From assembly GCA_020722365.1 (NCBI GenBank), contig DYKY01000001.1, forward strand, positions 15,357-79,356: DNA of 64,000 nucleotides. Reading direction: 5' to 3'. The translations under genes were made by a program, and so were the position numbers. Shown in pieces: positions 16,085 through 25,012 of this stretch; the stretch's first letter is position 1, and each line of letters opens with the position of its first letter. The notes under the pieces are model-generated. The model ran no database searches and had not been told where the DNA came from. It saw nothing but the letters and a program-made list of their open reading frames with translations. This stretch comes from Thermoflexus sp. Its GTDB lineage: Bacteria > Chloroflexota > Anaerolineae > B4-G1 > SLSP01.

Positions 16085-18496
16085 ATGACGAAAAGAAGCA
16101 CTTCTTCACGCTCAAACGGCCGCTCCACGTCACGCGGGCGCTCGTCATCGGGCAATCGGCGCACCACGCGCAAGAAACCGCGCGAATCGCTGTGGAATCG
16201 CCTGAGCGCCGAGCAAAAGCTGGACATTGTTGGCTGGATCCTGTTTTTCCTGGCCCTGCTCACAATCCTGAGCTTTATCTCGGCGCAGCAGGGCGCGCTG
16301 ACCGAATGGTGGATTTCGCTCCTGGCACAGACGTTCGGGTGGGGAATGTACGTCGTGCCGCTGTTCTTCGGCGGAGTAGGACTGTGGCTCATCCTGCGCC
16401 GCTTCGAGGATCGCCTTCCAAAAATCGATCCTGAACAGATCGTAGGCGTGATCGCCGGATTCTTTGTCGCGTTGATGACGCTGCATCTCATCACCAGTTT
16501 TGCGTGGCCGCAGATCAACTTCTACCGTCTGGGGGAAGGCGGCAGCGGCGGCGGATTGATCGGCGCGTTGATGCTGGATGTGAGCGTCAAGGCGCTCGGC
16601 AAAGTTGGCGCCACAATCTTCCTCATCCTGGTCTGGATGGTCATCGTGACGTTCATCGCCGGCATCTCGCCCGCCGACGCGGTCCGCCTGCTGAGCGAGC
16701 TCGCCGAGAGGCGGCGAACCACTGGACAGCAGAATATCCCGCCGTGGGATGTGACGCAACTGTCCCTGCCGCCTGACGCGATGACGCCGACAGGCCCCCC
16801 TGCCGGTCCGAAAATCCTCGGTGGCGGCGCCGAAGCGGAATCGTCGAAAGCAGCGCCAGGCCGCAAGAAGAAAGAGGATGAAATCCGCATTAACGTGGCA
16901 GCCCGTCCCACGAACGGCAACGGCGCTCTGGAATTCGAAGGGCCGACGCTGGTGGTAGGGGCGCAGGCGTGGCGCTTGCCGAGCGTTGTCGATGTGCTGG
17001 AAGAGGGCAGCGAGCAATACTACAGCGAGGACCTGATCCGCAAACAAGTCCGCGTCATCGAGAAGACGCTGGAAAGCCTGGGCGCGCCCGTGCGCGTGCG
17101 TGAAATTAACCAGGGGCCGGTGGTCACGCAGTTTGGCACGGAACCGCTCTTTGTCACGGCGCGTACCGGACGTACAACCAAGGTCAAAGTCAGCAAGATC
17201 ACCAGCCTGGCGGATGATCTGGCGCTGGCGCTTTCGGCACGCAGCATCCGCATCCAGGCCCCGATCCCCGGCAAAGGGCTGGTGGGCATTGAGGTGCCCA
17301 ATGAGGAGCCGGCTGTGGTCTCGTTGCGCGACATCATGGAATCAGAGGCTTTCGACAAGCTCAAGGGCCGTCTACGCCTGGGTCTGGGACAGGATGTCTC
17401 CGGGCAGGCGGTGGCGGCGGATCTGCGCGCGATGCCCCACATGCTCATCGCCGGCGCGACAGGCGCGGGCAAGTCGGTGTGCGTGAACTCCGTCATTGCG
17501 GCGCTGCTGTTGCAAAACACGCCGGACACGCTGCGGATGCTGATGGTCGATCCCAAACGGGTCGAACTGACGCAGTACAACGGCATTCCCCATCTATTGT
17601 CACCGGTGATCGTGGACGTAGAACGGGTCGTACCCGCGTTGAAGTGGGTGATGCGCGAGATGGACAGCCGTTACCGTCGCTTCGCACAAGTTGGCTCACG
17701 CAACATCGAGGACTTCAACCAACGCGTGAGCAAAACGACAGGCGAAGCCCCCATCCCCTACATCACCGTGCTGGTGGATGAGTTGGCCGACCTGATGCTC
17801 CAGTCACCGGAAGAGACAGAGCGCGTGCTGTGCCGCCTGGCGCAGATGGCGCGCGCTACGGGCATCCACCTCATCATCGCCACACAGCGCCCCAGCGTGG
17901 ACGTGGTGACGGGGCTGATCAAGGCCAACTTCCCCTCGCGGGTGGCCTTTGCCGTGGCCTCGTCGGTGGACTCGCGCGTGATCCTGGATATGCCGGGGGC
18001 GGAGCGGCTCTTGGGACGCGGCGATATGCTCTTCATGCCGCCGGACGCCAGCCAACCGCTGCGCCTGCAAGGGGCTTTTGTCTCCGACCACGAGCTGGAT
18101 CGCCTGATCAATTTTTGGCGCAAAGCCGTAGAGCCGGGCAAGTCACCGCGGCAAGTGGACTTCCCCAAACCGATGGCTGCCGCCTACACCGACGAGATCG
18201 CACCGGCCCAACCGGCGCTCTTCCCCGACTTCGAGGAAGAGACGAAACTTGCCGGCCAATTCGAGGATGAACTGCTGCCCACCGCCGTGGAGATTTTCCT
18301 GGCTGAAAACCGGGCGTCAGTCTCCCTGCTGCAACGCCGCATGCGCATTGGCTACACGCGCTCCGCGCGGCTGGTGGAGCAACTGACCGACATGGGGATC
18401 GTGATGCTGGAGACCGAGGGGCAGTTCCGCAAAATCAACCGGGCCGTGGCGGAGTCGCTGCTGCAATCGCTGTATCCGGGAGAGAACGAGACATAG
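16085..18496 (+). CDS. ftsK: DNA translocase FtsK (full length: N-terminal TM domain, Pro-rich linker, motor, gamma domain).
   Basis: 4 N-terminal TM helices, Walker A AGATGAGKSV, Walker B VLVDELADL and a gamma-domain-like C-terminus ..RASVSLLQRRMRIGYTRSARLVEQLTDMGIV. Confidence 0.9.
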   Translation: MTKRSTSSRSNGRSTSRGRSSSGNRRTTRKKPRESLWNRLSAEQKLDIVGWILFFLALLTILSFISAQQGALTEWWISLLAQTFGWGMYVVPLFFGGVGLWLILRRFEDRLPKIDPEQIVGVIAGFFVALMTLHLITSFAWPQINFYRLGEGGSGGGLIGALMLDVSVKALGKVGATIFLILVWMVIVTFIAGISPADAVRLLSELAERRRTTGQQNIPPWDVTQLSLPPDAMTPTGPPAGPKILGGGAEAESSKAAPGRKKKEDEIRINVAARPTNGNGALEFEGPTLVVGAQAWRLPSVVDVLEEGSEQYYSEDLIRKQVRVIEKTLESLGAPVRVREINQGPVVTQFGTEPLFVTARTGRTTKVKVSKITSLADDLALALSARSIRIQAPIPGKGLVGIEVPNEEPAVVSLRDIMESEAFDKLKGRLRLGLGQDVSGQAVAADLRAMPHMLIAGATGAGKSVCVNSVIAALLLQNTPDTLRMLMVDPKRVELTQYNGIPHLLSPVIVDVERVVPALKWVMREMDSRYRRFAQVGSRNIEDFNQRVSKTTGEAPIPYITVLVDELADLMLQSPEETERVLCRLAQMARATGIHLIIATQRPSVDVVTGLIKANFPSRVAFAVASSVDSRVILDMPGAERLLGRGDMLFMPPDASQPLRLQGAFVSDHELDRLINFWRKAVEPGKSPRQVDFPKPMAAAYTDEIAPAQPALFPDFEEETKLAGQFEDELLPTAVEIFLAENRASVSLLQRRMRIGYTRSARLVEQLTDMGIVMLETEGQFRKINRAVAESLLQSLYPGENET

Positions 18497-18504
18497 GGGG
18501 ATTT

Positions 18505-18930
18505 TTACGAATGGAGTCTGGCCAGAAACTCGCCCACCTGGACGACCTCGACGGCCAATACATTCAGCCTGGCGACCAAGTCGGCGTCATCGTAGAGGTC
18601 ACGGTCAGATGTCACCAGGAAACAGGGAGCGGCGGCTACAGCCGTAGCAATCACGATGTCGTCTTTGGGATCGCGGCAGGAAGGGAAATCGACGGCGGGA
18701 TCGATAAACAGCGCCAAAGAACGCAACAACGCCACAAACGCTCGCCCCTTACCGGGAGATAGAAAACGCTGCACCTTTGGTCGTTCCATCACACCCGCAA
18801 ATTCATCCACTACCGCAGACGAAACAACCAGAGTGAACTCCCTTTGACGCCATGCCCGATACAATGGCAACTGTTGGCCGGAGGCCGCCATTCTGAGAAG
18901 CAAGTTGGTATCCACAACTGCGTGCATCAA
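18505..18930 (-). CDS. PIN-domain toxin (VapC-like).
   Basis: MMHAVVDTNLLL.. PIN N-terminus and conserved acidic residues. Confidence 0.7.
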   Translation of the reverse strand: MMHAVVDTNLLLRMAASGQQLPLYRAWRQREFTLVVSSAVVDEFAGVMERPKVQRFLSPGKGRAFVALLRSLALFIDPAVDFPSCRDPKDDIVIATAVAAAPCFLVTSDRDLYDDADLVARLNVLAVEVVQVGEFLARLHS

Positions 18931-19235
18931 TCGATCTCTTGGCGTGCCTCGTGAATTAATGCCACTAACTCGTCATCGCTTATATCGGCGACATCCGTAT
19001 CAGCGAACTCGCGCGCAGCAATGGCTTCGTATTCCTCAAACGGTCGTCGCCATTCCTCGGGAGAGAGGGCGGCCAGACGGCGCTCTTGCTCTTCAAGATC
19101 AGGGACAGTCTGGGCCTGCGTGGCAATCACCAACACCTCACTGCCTGGAGGCAGAAGACGCGCTTCAGCAGACCGGCGCAAGCGCACTAGCCCGTTTTTC
19201 TCAACCACACCTCGATAAGCAGCCAAAACGCCCAT
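18927..19235 (-). CDS. Putative cognate antitoxin (AbrB/SpoVT-like?).
   Basis: Small ORF overlapping the PIN start by 4 nt, with an acidic C-terminus. Family assignment is tentative. Confidence 0.45.
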   Translation of the reverse strand: MGVLAAYRGVVEKNGLVRLRRSAEARLLPPGSEVLVIATQAQTVPDLEEQERRLAALSPEEWRRPFEEYEAIAAREFADTDVADISDDELVALIHEARQEID

Positions 19236-19454
19236 ACGACACCTCCCACTTCCTTTTGCCAACCTCGCGGTCGATCCGTCTAAAATCATTATAACACCGG
19301 CGGAAGAAACCACCAAACTGCGGAGATCGTCAACGACGGCCCGTTAACGACGGACATTATCGTCCCAAGCCATCTCGCCTATTGGACGAGGAGGCGACCC
19401 GTGCTAGAATACGGGCAAACGATGTAGAATCGAGGGGGGCTTTCGGAGCAGACA

Positions 19455-20114
19455 ATGCCAACACCAATTCCGTTCGACAAAATTCAGGGCTGGTTCTTCG
19501 ATTTAGACGGCACGCTGATGGACACCGACGATCAAACGGTGGAGAGGCTGGCGCAGCGACTGCGCTTCCTCGGCGACGCGCGCGCACGCCGCCTGGCCCG
19601 GCGCATGGTCATGGCCGGGGAAACGCCGATGAACTACGCGATAACGGCAGTCGATATGGTGGGACTGGACGCTGTGCTCTTCGGCGTCCGGCGCATGATG
19701 CACGCACACACCCATCCCACGTTTCGCCTCATCGAAGGGGTGAAGCCGCTGTTGGCACATCTGGCCGAACGCGCGACGCTGGCGGTGGTGTCGACGCGCT
19801 CCGCCGAGGATGCCGCCGAATTCTTACGACAACATGACCTCACTGATTTCTTTAAACTTACCGTGACCAACGCGACGACGAAGCGCCTCAAACCGCATCC
19901 AGAACCGGTACTGTACGCGGCGAAACAGTTGGGGCTATCGCCGGAGGTCTGCGTGATGGTCGGCGATACAACCATGGACATCCTTTCGGGGCGGCGCGCA
20001 GGGGCATGGGCGATTGGCGTGCTCTGTGGCTTCGGCGAAGAGGCCGAGTTATGGCGGGCCGGCGCGCACCTGGTGTTGCCGTCTACGGCGGATTTGTTGG
20101 GGCTTGTGGAATAG
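19455..20114 (+). CDS. HAD-superfamily hydrolase (subfamily IA, phosphoglycolate-phosphatase-like).
   Basis: Motif I FDLDGTLMDT and C-terminal motifs MVGDTTMDILSGRRAG. Confidence 0.8.
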   Translation: MPTPIPFDKIQGWFFDLDGTLMDTDDQTVERLAQRLRFLGDARARRLARRMVMAGETPMNYAITAVDMVGLDAVLFGVRRMMHAHTHPTFRLIEGVKPLLAHLAERATLAVVSTRSAEDAAEFLRQHDLTDFFKLTVTNATTKRLKPHPEPVLYAAKQLGLSPEVCVMVGDTTMDILSGRRAGAWAIGVLCGFGEEAELWRAGAHLVLPSTADLLGLVE

Positions 20115-20130
20115 GTCGTATGTTTTTATC

Positions 20131-20178
20131 AGCAGATTGAGCAGATTGAGCAGATTTTTGTGGCTGACAAAAAATCTA
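20131..20178 (+). repeat. Tandem 9-mer (CAGATTGAG)x3 followed by an inverted repeat (AGATTTTTGTggctgACAAAAAATCT), likely a bidirectional terminator.
   Basis: Read directly in the sequence between convergent genes (HAD on +, NYN on -). Confidence 0.6.
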
Positions 20179-20201
20179 CTCCATTTGCTGGTTCGAAATC
20201 T

Positions 20202-21299
20202 TCAACGGTCGCCATGGCCGTATAGGCGCAGCCACAGTTCCTCATCTTCGTTCGAGAGGCCGCTTGGCTCCTCATCTTTCGTCGGAATGAGTTGCCGCTT
20301 GCGCTTGACCAGCCTGGTCTGCGAGGGCTTGGATGGGTCCGCCGCAGGTTGACGCTTGCCCGGCTTTTCCGGCGTTGCCGCGGGCGAAGAAACAGAGGCT
20401 TCAGGTTCGCCGCCGAAAATCTCCAGCCAGGTTTCAACTTCCTCAGCAGAAAGCGCCCCGTGCTTTTTCACGACCGGCGGTTTGGGCTGGCGCGGTTTTG
20501 CCTGAGGTTTGGATTCTGGCGGTGGAACACTCTCCGGCGCATCGTGAAAGACTTCCAGCCAGGATTCCACCTCTTCGGGGGAGACCTCATCAGGCTTTCC
20601 TCCATACCCGGCAGGCTTTTCCCGTTTGGGCGGCGGAGGTAGAGATTCCCCCATTTGCTCGGCGATGGAACGCGTAGTGCGCGATGGCGGCATCTGTGGT
20701 GTGGCCTGTTCCAACGCGCGCTGTTTGGCTCGCTGCGCTTGCTTCTTGGAAACGGCATGCACGGCGGGCGGCGCCGGCTCCGGTACGGGTGCGACCTCCG
20801 GTGCAACAGATGCCGCTGATACAGCGTTATCCTCTGCCGCAGCGTGAGCCTCAAAGACCTCCAACCACGCTTCCACTTCCACCGCAGGCACGCCTTCCGG
20901 CTTTTCCTTCTCCACTTCCAACGTTTGGTTCAGCCGCTCCACGAACTCCTGCGCCGACAGCGTCTTTGCGCCGGTCATCCGCGCGTTGTCCAGCACCTCG
21001 CGATCGGACGAAACCACCGTCCAGTTGGGTGCATCGGGCAGCGCGCTCAACCGCTCCTTGATGATGCGGTCCGCCGTGCTGTAATGCCGCGCCGCAAAGA
21101 CGACGCGCACTTCCGGCGAAGAAAGCACCCGTGATGGCCCGCCCGGAATGCCGCCGTCGAAAACGACAATGGCCTTGCGCCGCTCGCGCCCGCTCCAGGC
21201 GCGCAGCTTCACGACCAGTTTGGCCTCATCGTCTGGGTCCTCCAGATCGATATCCGGCAGAGCGGCGATCACGTTATGTCCGTCGATCAAAAAGGGCAT
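20202..21299 (-). CDS. NYN/YacP(Rae1)-like PIN-fold nuclease domain protein with a long disordered C-terminus carrying four acidic W-L-E-V/I-F repeats.
   Basis: N-terminus MPFLIDGHNVIAA...VVFDG...VVFAARHYSTADRII is NYN/YacP-like. The C-terminus contains VEVEAWLEVFEA, EEVESWLEVFHD, EEVETWLEIFGG and DEELWLRLYGHG. Confidence 0.6.
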   Translation of the reverse strand: MPFLIDGHNVIAALPDIDLEDPDDEAKLVVKLRAWSGRERRKAIVVFDGGIPGGPSRVLSSPEVRVVFAARHYSTADRIIKERLSALPDAPNWTVVSSDREVLDNARMTGAKTLSAQEFVERLNQTLEVEKEKPEGVPAVEVEAWLEVFEAHAAAEDNAVSAASVAPEVAPVPEPAPPAVHAVSKKQAQRAKQRALEQATPQMPPSRTTRSIAEQMGESLPPPPKREKPAGYGGKPDEVSPEEVESWLEVFHDAPESVPPPESKPQAKPRQPKPPVVKKHGALSAEEVETWLEIFGGEPEASVSSPAATPEKPGKRQPAADPSKPSQTRLVKRKRQLIPTKDEEPSGLSNEDEELWLRLYGHGDR

Positions 21300-21311
21300 A
21301 GCAGTCCCCTT

Positions 21312-22289
21312 TTACTGCACCGCAAATTGCACAAATCGTTGCATCCTGTGCTCGTCGCTCACACCGGCAAAGGCTTTCCGCAAAGCGGCATACGCCTCGC
21401 GGGTGATGTAGAGCGGTTTTGCCAGTTCCGCCTCTATAGCAGGTTCGGTAGGTTTCTCCCGGAGAACGAGGGCTGCATTGGCGCGTTCGATAATCGCCGC
21501 GCTGACCGTATCCGTGTGCGTATCACCCAGGAGTTCGTTGAGGATAAGTGCCGTCGTTGATGTGACCCACACGCGAATCAGGTTATTCTCGACTTCCTCG
21601 CCCTGTACACAGAAGTAATAGAGGTTAGGATCGTTCGGCGGCGGCACGTCGAAATAAGGCTGAATCTTCGCGCCCGCGCTGGTCGTAATGGAGTAGCGTT
21701 TGATGCCGGTTGCGTTCTCGTACACCCACAGGTTCTTGCTCGGTTTCCGGTTGCCGCTTCTGCGTTCGTGCCATTCCGCCCAGTAATCGTCTGGGTTGGG
21801 AGGCAGCATGTCCGTCTCGAAGTACAGGAATTCCACCAAGTCGCCTTGCCACAGCAGCCAGCCGGTGCGCATATCCGGTTCTGCATCAGGTGTGTTTTGG
21901 GCGACCCTTTGCCGCCGCTGCTCAATCAGGTCGGCATACTGTTGGAGAATCTCCCGCGCTATCACTGTCGGCTCCCCTTCGGTTGTAGGAATCCGGATAG
22001 AGCGCGTCGCCGCAGGGTGCATAAGTTGTGTTCCGCAGTATTCCTTTATGGATTTCCCTGACCTCACGCAGAGCATTTTGTGCTCCACGCCCAGCGCGCC
22101 GTGCATCACGTCTATGTGGAGATTGCTCCATCCTTCGTTGGGGATGCCCTTGGCGGCGCAGTAGACGTAGGCCCAATCGCCTTCCTCGAACTTCCGCCCC
22201 ATCATGACAGCAACTCTGGACGCGAGAAACCGGTGCGCCGCCGTTAGCTCGGCTGCCGAAAAGGCTGGACGTGTGTCTGGGCGTTTCAT
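21312..22289 (-). CDS. Type II restriction endonuclease (PD-(D/E)xK fold, candidate).
   Basis: Translationally coupled (ATGA overlap) downstream of a DNA methyltransferase. Candidate catalytic motif HIDVMHGALGVEHKM (D..E.K). Confidence 0.5.
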   Translation of the reverse strand: MKRPDTRPAFSAAELTAAHRFLASRVAVMMGRKFEEGDWAYVYCAAKGIPNEGWSNLHIDVMHGALGVEHKMLCVRSGKSIKEYCGTQLMHPAATRSIRIPTTEGEPTVIAREILQQYADLIEQRRQRVAQNTPDAEPDMRTGWLLWQGDLVEFLYFETDMLPPNPDDYWAEWHERRSGNRKPSKNLWVYENATGIKRYSITTSAGAKIQPYFDVPPPNDPNLYYFCVQGEEVENNLIRVWVTSTTALILNELLGDTHTDTVSAAIIERANAALVLREKPTEPAIEAELAKPLYITREAYAALRKAFAGVSDEHRMQRFVQFAVQ

Positions 22290-24247
22290 ATCATCCTCCC
22301 TTGACCACGTTGATTGGCGATTTCTGACCGCACAACATCTACGAGTATCTTACGGAACTCTTCATAACTGACGTCAATCATCTCTTCGGCCTCCAGCCGT
22401 GCTTTGAGCCACAGCGCATACAGCTTGCGGCTATCCACTTCATCTTCCCGTTCGACGTGCAGATAATGAACGACGAAGTCTTCAGGCGTTTGGGTGAGAG
22501 CGTTCTTCACAAACGCGCGGATCGCGGCTTTGGTCGCACCGTTGTTACGCAGGGCGGGCGCAGCAGAAGTTGTGTGGGCTTCTTTCTGACAATGGAGTAA
22601 CAAATCGTAACCAACAGCATTTGGCGAAACGAACTGTTTAAACGTCCCGTGCTTTTTGTCGAGCGTTTGGGTGGTCTCGATGCTGAAGCCGCTGGCGGCC
22701 AATGCTTGTTGGAGCGCCGCCCAGACTTTGGCCGACGAGTTGTGGAACATCACGGTGAGCCAGCGCCCCGGTTTGAGCACACGCTGCATCTCGCCGAACG
22801 CTTCCGTCATAAGGGAGCGATACTCGTCCAGCGATTTCCCCTGCACGCGGTTGATGATCGCCTCTTTCTCAACGTTTGTGAAGACGCCCAACCAGGATTC
22901 CCACAGGTAGTTCATCTCCGAATAGTTGATGTTGCCGCCAAAGGGCGGATCGGTGAAAATGTAGTCAATCGTACCGTCCGGTATGGCGCTCAAGTCCGTC
23001 GCGCTCTGCGTGGAGATACAGAACGGGCCAGCGGGCAACGGATTCCAGGTCGCAAAGTATTTCTGGATCGTCTTGGCCTTCCGTTCGAAGACCTGGAAGA
23101 CGTTCTGCTCGTTGAAAATCATCGGCACGTTGTAATTGGCGGTGTTGCTGCTGCCGCCCCAAAAGCGGAATTCCGACAGTTGCGTGACCCGCTGGTAAAG
23201 CGAGGTGACGGTGTACATCAGTTTCACCCCCTCCTCTGCGTCGGGCCAACGGCGGGCGATGTCCCACAAGCGCGCCATCACCCGCAGTTGCCGCGTGGTA
23301 TACAAGGCGTCAATCGAGGTCAGCCCGTGCGAAACCGGCTGCCGCGTGTTGAGTCCCGGTAGAAAGGCGTTGGTAGGATACCATAATTCTCCGGGGACGC
23401 CGTCCACCTCCAACGTCTTGAGCAGCGCCAGGTCGTGTGCATCGGGCGTGGCGGTGGACTCGCGCCGGTCGGAATCGCAACAATGATAGCCCACTTGCAC
23501 CGGATAGGGTTGCGTGCGGTGCAGATGGCTTTTTTTTAAGAGTTTGCCGCAATGAGGGCACGCGAATTCCGTCTTAATTTTGCTTTTGCGCACGTCGGCG
23601 TGTTCGTCGCGGGCCACGTCCCACAGCACGAATTCCTGGTGGCAGTGCTTGCAGAGCAAGCCATAACTCCACACCATATAGTTCATCGGTACCAGTTTAC
23701 CGCACGTGCGACAGTGTGTGCCGTATACCGTTAACGCCTCATCTGCCGTGGCCGCGAGAACGGCTTCGAACGCTGCTCTGTAGCGCGCCGCATCCATAGG
23801 CGTGACGAAGTTGAACGCAATAAAGGTCGCCGCCGGAGAGAGGTCTATGAGAATGGGGATACGTCCGGTTTGCAGCGCCGCCACGCCGGTCATCCCCGAG
23901 CCGCAAAACGGATCAAGCACCAGCCCTCCCGGCGCGGCGTAATGCTCGATCAAGCGCGCAATGGCCTGCGGTGGGACTTTAGTGTGATACGTGTGCGCGT
24001 CGTAGACGTATGTGTTCTTCCCCGCGACGAGTTCCTCGGGCAGCGGCCTGAGCGTGTACGTCGTCGGCGCGAGTGCGTGCTCACGAACAAACTCCGCAAG
24101 CGCGTCGTTCGCGCCAGGTGAATAGGCCCGACTCTCAAAGTCGCGCAGGGTGCGCGGCGCAACACGCAGGTCCAGCGCACGAGCATGCTCAATTTCGAAA
24201 AGGCGTGGCTGTGTAATCACATGCAAGGTCTCTTTCTTAAGTAGCAA
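22286..24247 (-). CDS. DNA methyltransferase (alpha-class N6-adenine/N4-cytosine type, probably m6A) with a Cys-rich zinc-finger target-recognition region.
   Basis: Motif I LDPFCGSGMTG near the N-terminus, motif IV FTDPPFGGN near the C-terminus, with CxxC...CxxC pairs in between. Confidence 0.7.
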   Translation of the reverse strand: MLLKKETLHVITQPRLFEIEHARALDLRVAPRTLRDFESRAYSPGANDALAEFVREHALAPTTYTLRPLPEELVAGKNTYVYDAHTYHTKVPPQAIARLIEHYAAPGGLVLDPFCGSGMTGVAALQTGRIPILIDLSPAATFIAFNFVTPMDAARYRAAFEAVLAATADEALTVYGTHCRTCGKLVPMNYMVWSYGLLCKHCHQEFVLWDVARDEHADVRKSKIKTEFACPHCGKLLKKSHLHRTQPYPVQVGYHCCDSDRRESTATPDAHDLALLKTLEVDGVPGELWYPTNAFLPGLNTRQPVSHGLTSIDALYTTRQLRVMARLWDIARRWPDAEEGVKLMYTVTSLYQRVTQLSEFRFWGGSSNTANYNVPMIFNEQNVFQVFERKAKTIQKYFATWNPLPAGPFCISTQSATDLSAIPDGTIDYIFTDPPFGGNINYSEMNYLWESWLGVFTNVEKEAIINRVQGKSLDEYRSLMTEAFGEMQRVLKPGRWLTVMFHNSSAKVWAALQQALAASGFSIETTQTLDKKHGTFKQFVSPNAVGYDLLLHCQKEAHTTSAAPALRNNGATKAAIRAFVKNALTQTPEDFVVHYLHVEREDEVDSRKLYALWLKARLEAEEMIDVSYEEFRKILVDVVRSEIANQRGQGRMI

Positions 24248-24534
24248 ACTTTACTCTCTGCATCTACGAACTACACGGCGTGACAACTCTTAACAATTTT
24301 CTTTAACGCACTCAACTACCACCAACACCTCCCCAACAGCGTCTCTGCGTGCAGGTCCAGATTGTTGGCGCAACGCCAGCGACAGGAAGGCGTCTTTTTC
24401 TGCAACCGACCCGCCCCCTCAACGTAATCCTATTATAATCAGGGATACCATTTCCCACAAACCGATTTGCCCCTTACGCAGCCCTGACTATAATGCTCTT
24501 AAGTTCACTCGTTAAATCTGTTGACAAAGGAGGC

Positions 24535-25011
24535 ATGATGTCCGACGATAAAATGCAATACCCGGAGCGCGCCGGTGACGTGGGCACGTTGATGGGATGG
24601 TTGAAAGACTTCTTCGGCCATTTCCGCCTGGCCTGGGAATTGTTATGGGATGAGCGCGTCCCATTTGTCACCAAGATCATCCCCATTCTCACGCTCCTCT
24701 ACGTCATCTCACCCGTGGACCTTGTCTCGGGTTTGGCATTTCCAGGAATCGGTGCATTGGATGATCTGACGATTTTCCTGATCGGGATGCGGCTCTTTGT
24801 CGATGTGTGCCCGCCGGCCCTGGTAACCGAACACCAGGCAAAGGACCAACTCGAAATGAGCGCCGCACCGCAGGACGAAGAGCAACCGGCTTCATCGACG
24901 TGGAGGGTTCCACCTACAGCCCAGATCATCGATTTGGAAGCCGAAGAAGTCTCCGGCACAGCCGCAACCGCCGAAGAACCCCCCAAACCGCCCCTCCCCC
25001 ACGTGTGGTAG
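24535..25011 (+). CDS. DUF1232/YkvA-family membrane protein.
   Basis: IIPILTLLYVISPVDLVSGLAFPGIGALDDLTIFLIGMRLF matches the family pattern (LYxISPiDlIPDfIPgiGyLDD). RBS AAAGGAGG. Confidence 0.6.
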   Translation: MMSDDKMQYPERAGDVGTLMGWLKDFFGHFRLAWELLWDERVPFVTKIIPILTLLYVISPVDLVSGLAFPGIGALDDLTIFLIGMRLFVDVCPPALVTEHQAKDQLEMSAAPQDEEQPASSTWRVPPTAQIIDLEAEEVSGTAATAEEPPKPPLPHVW

Positions 25012-25012
25012 T

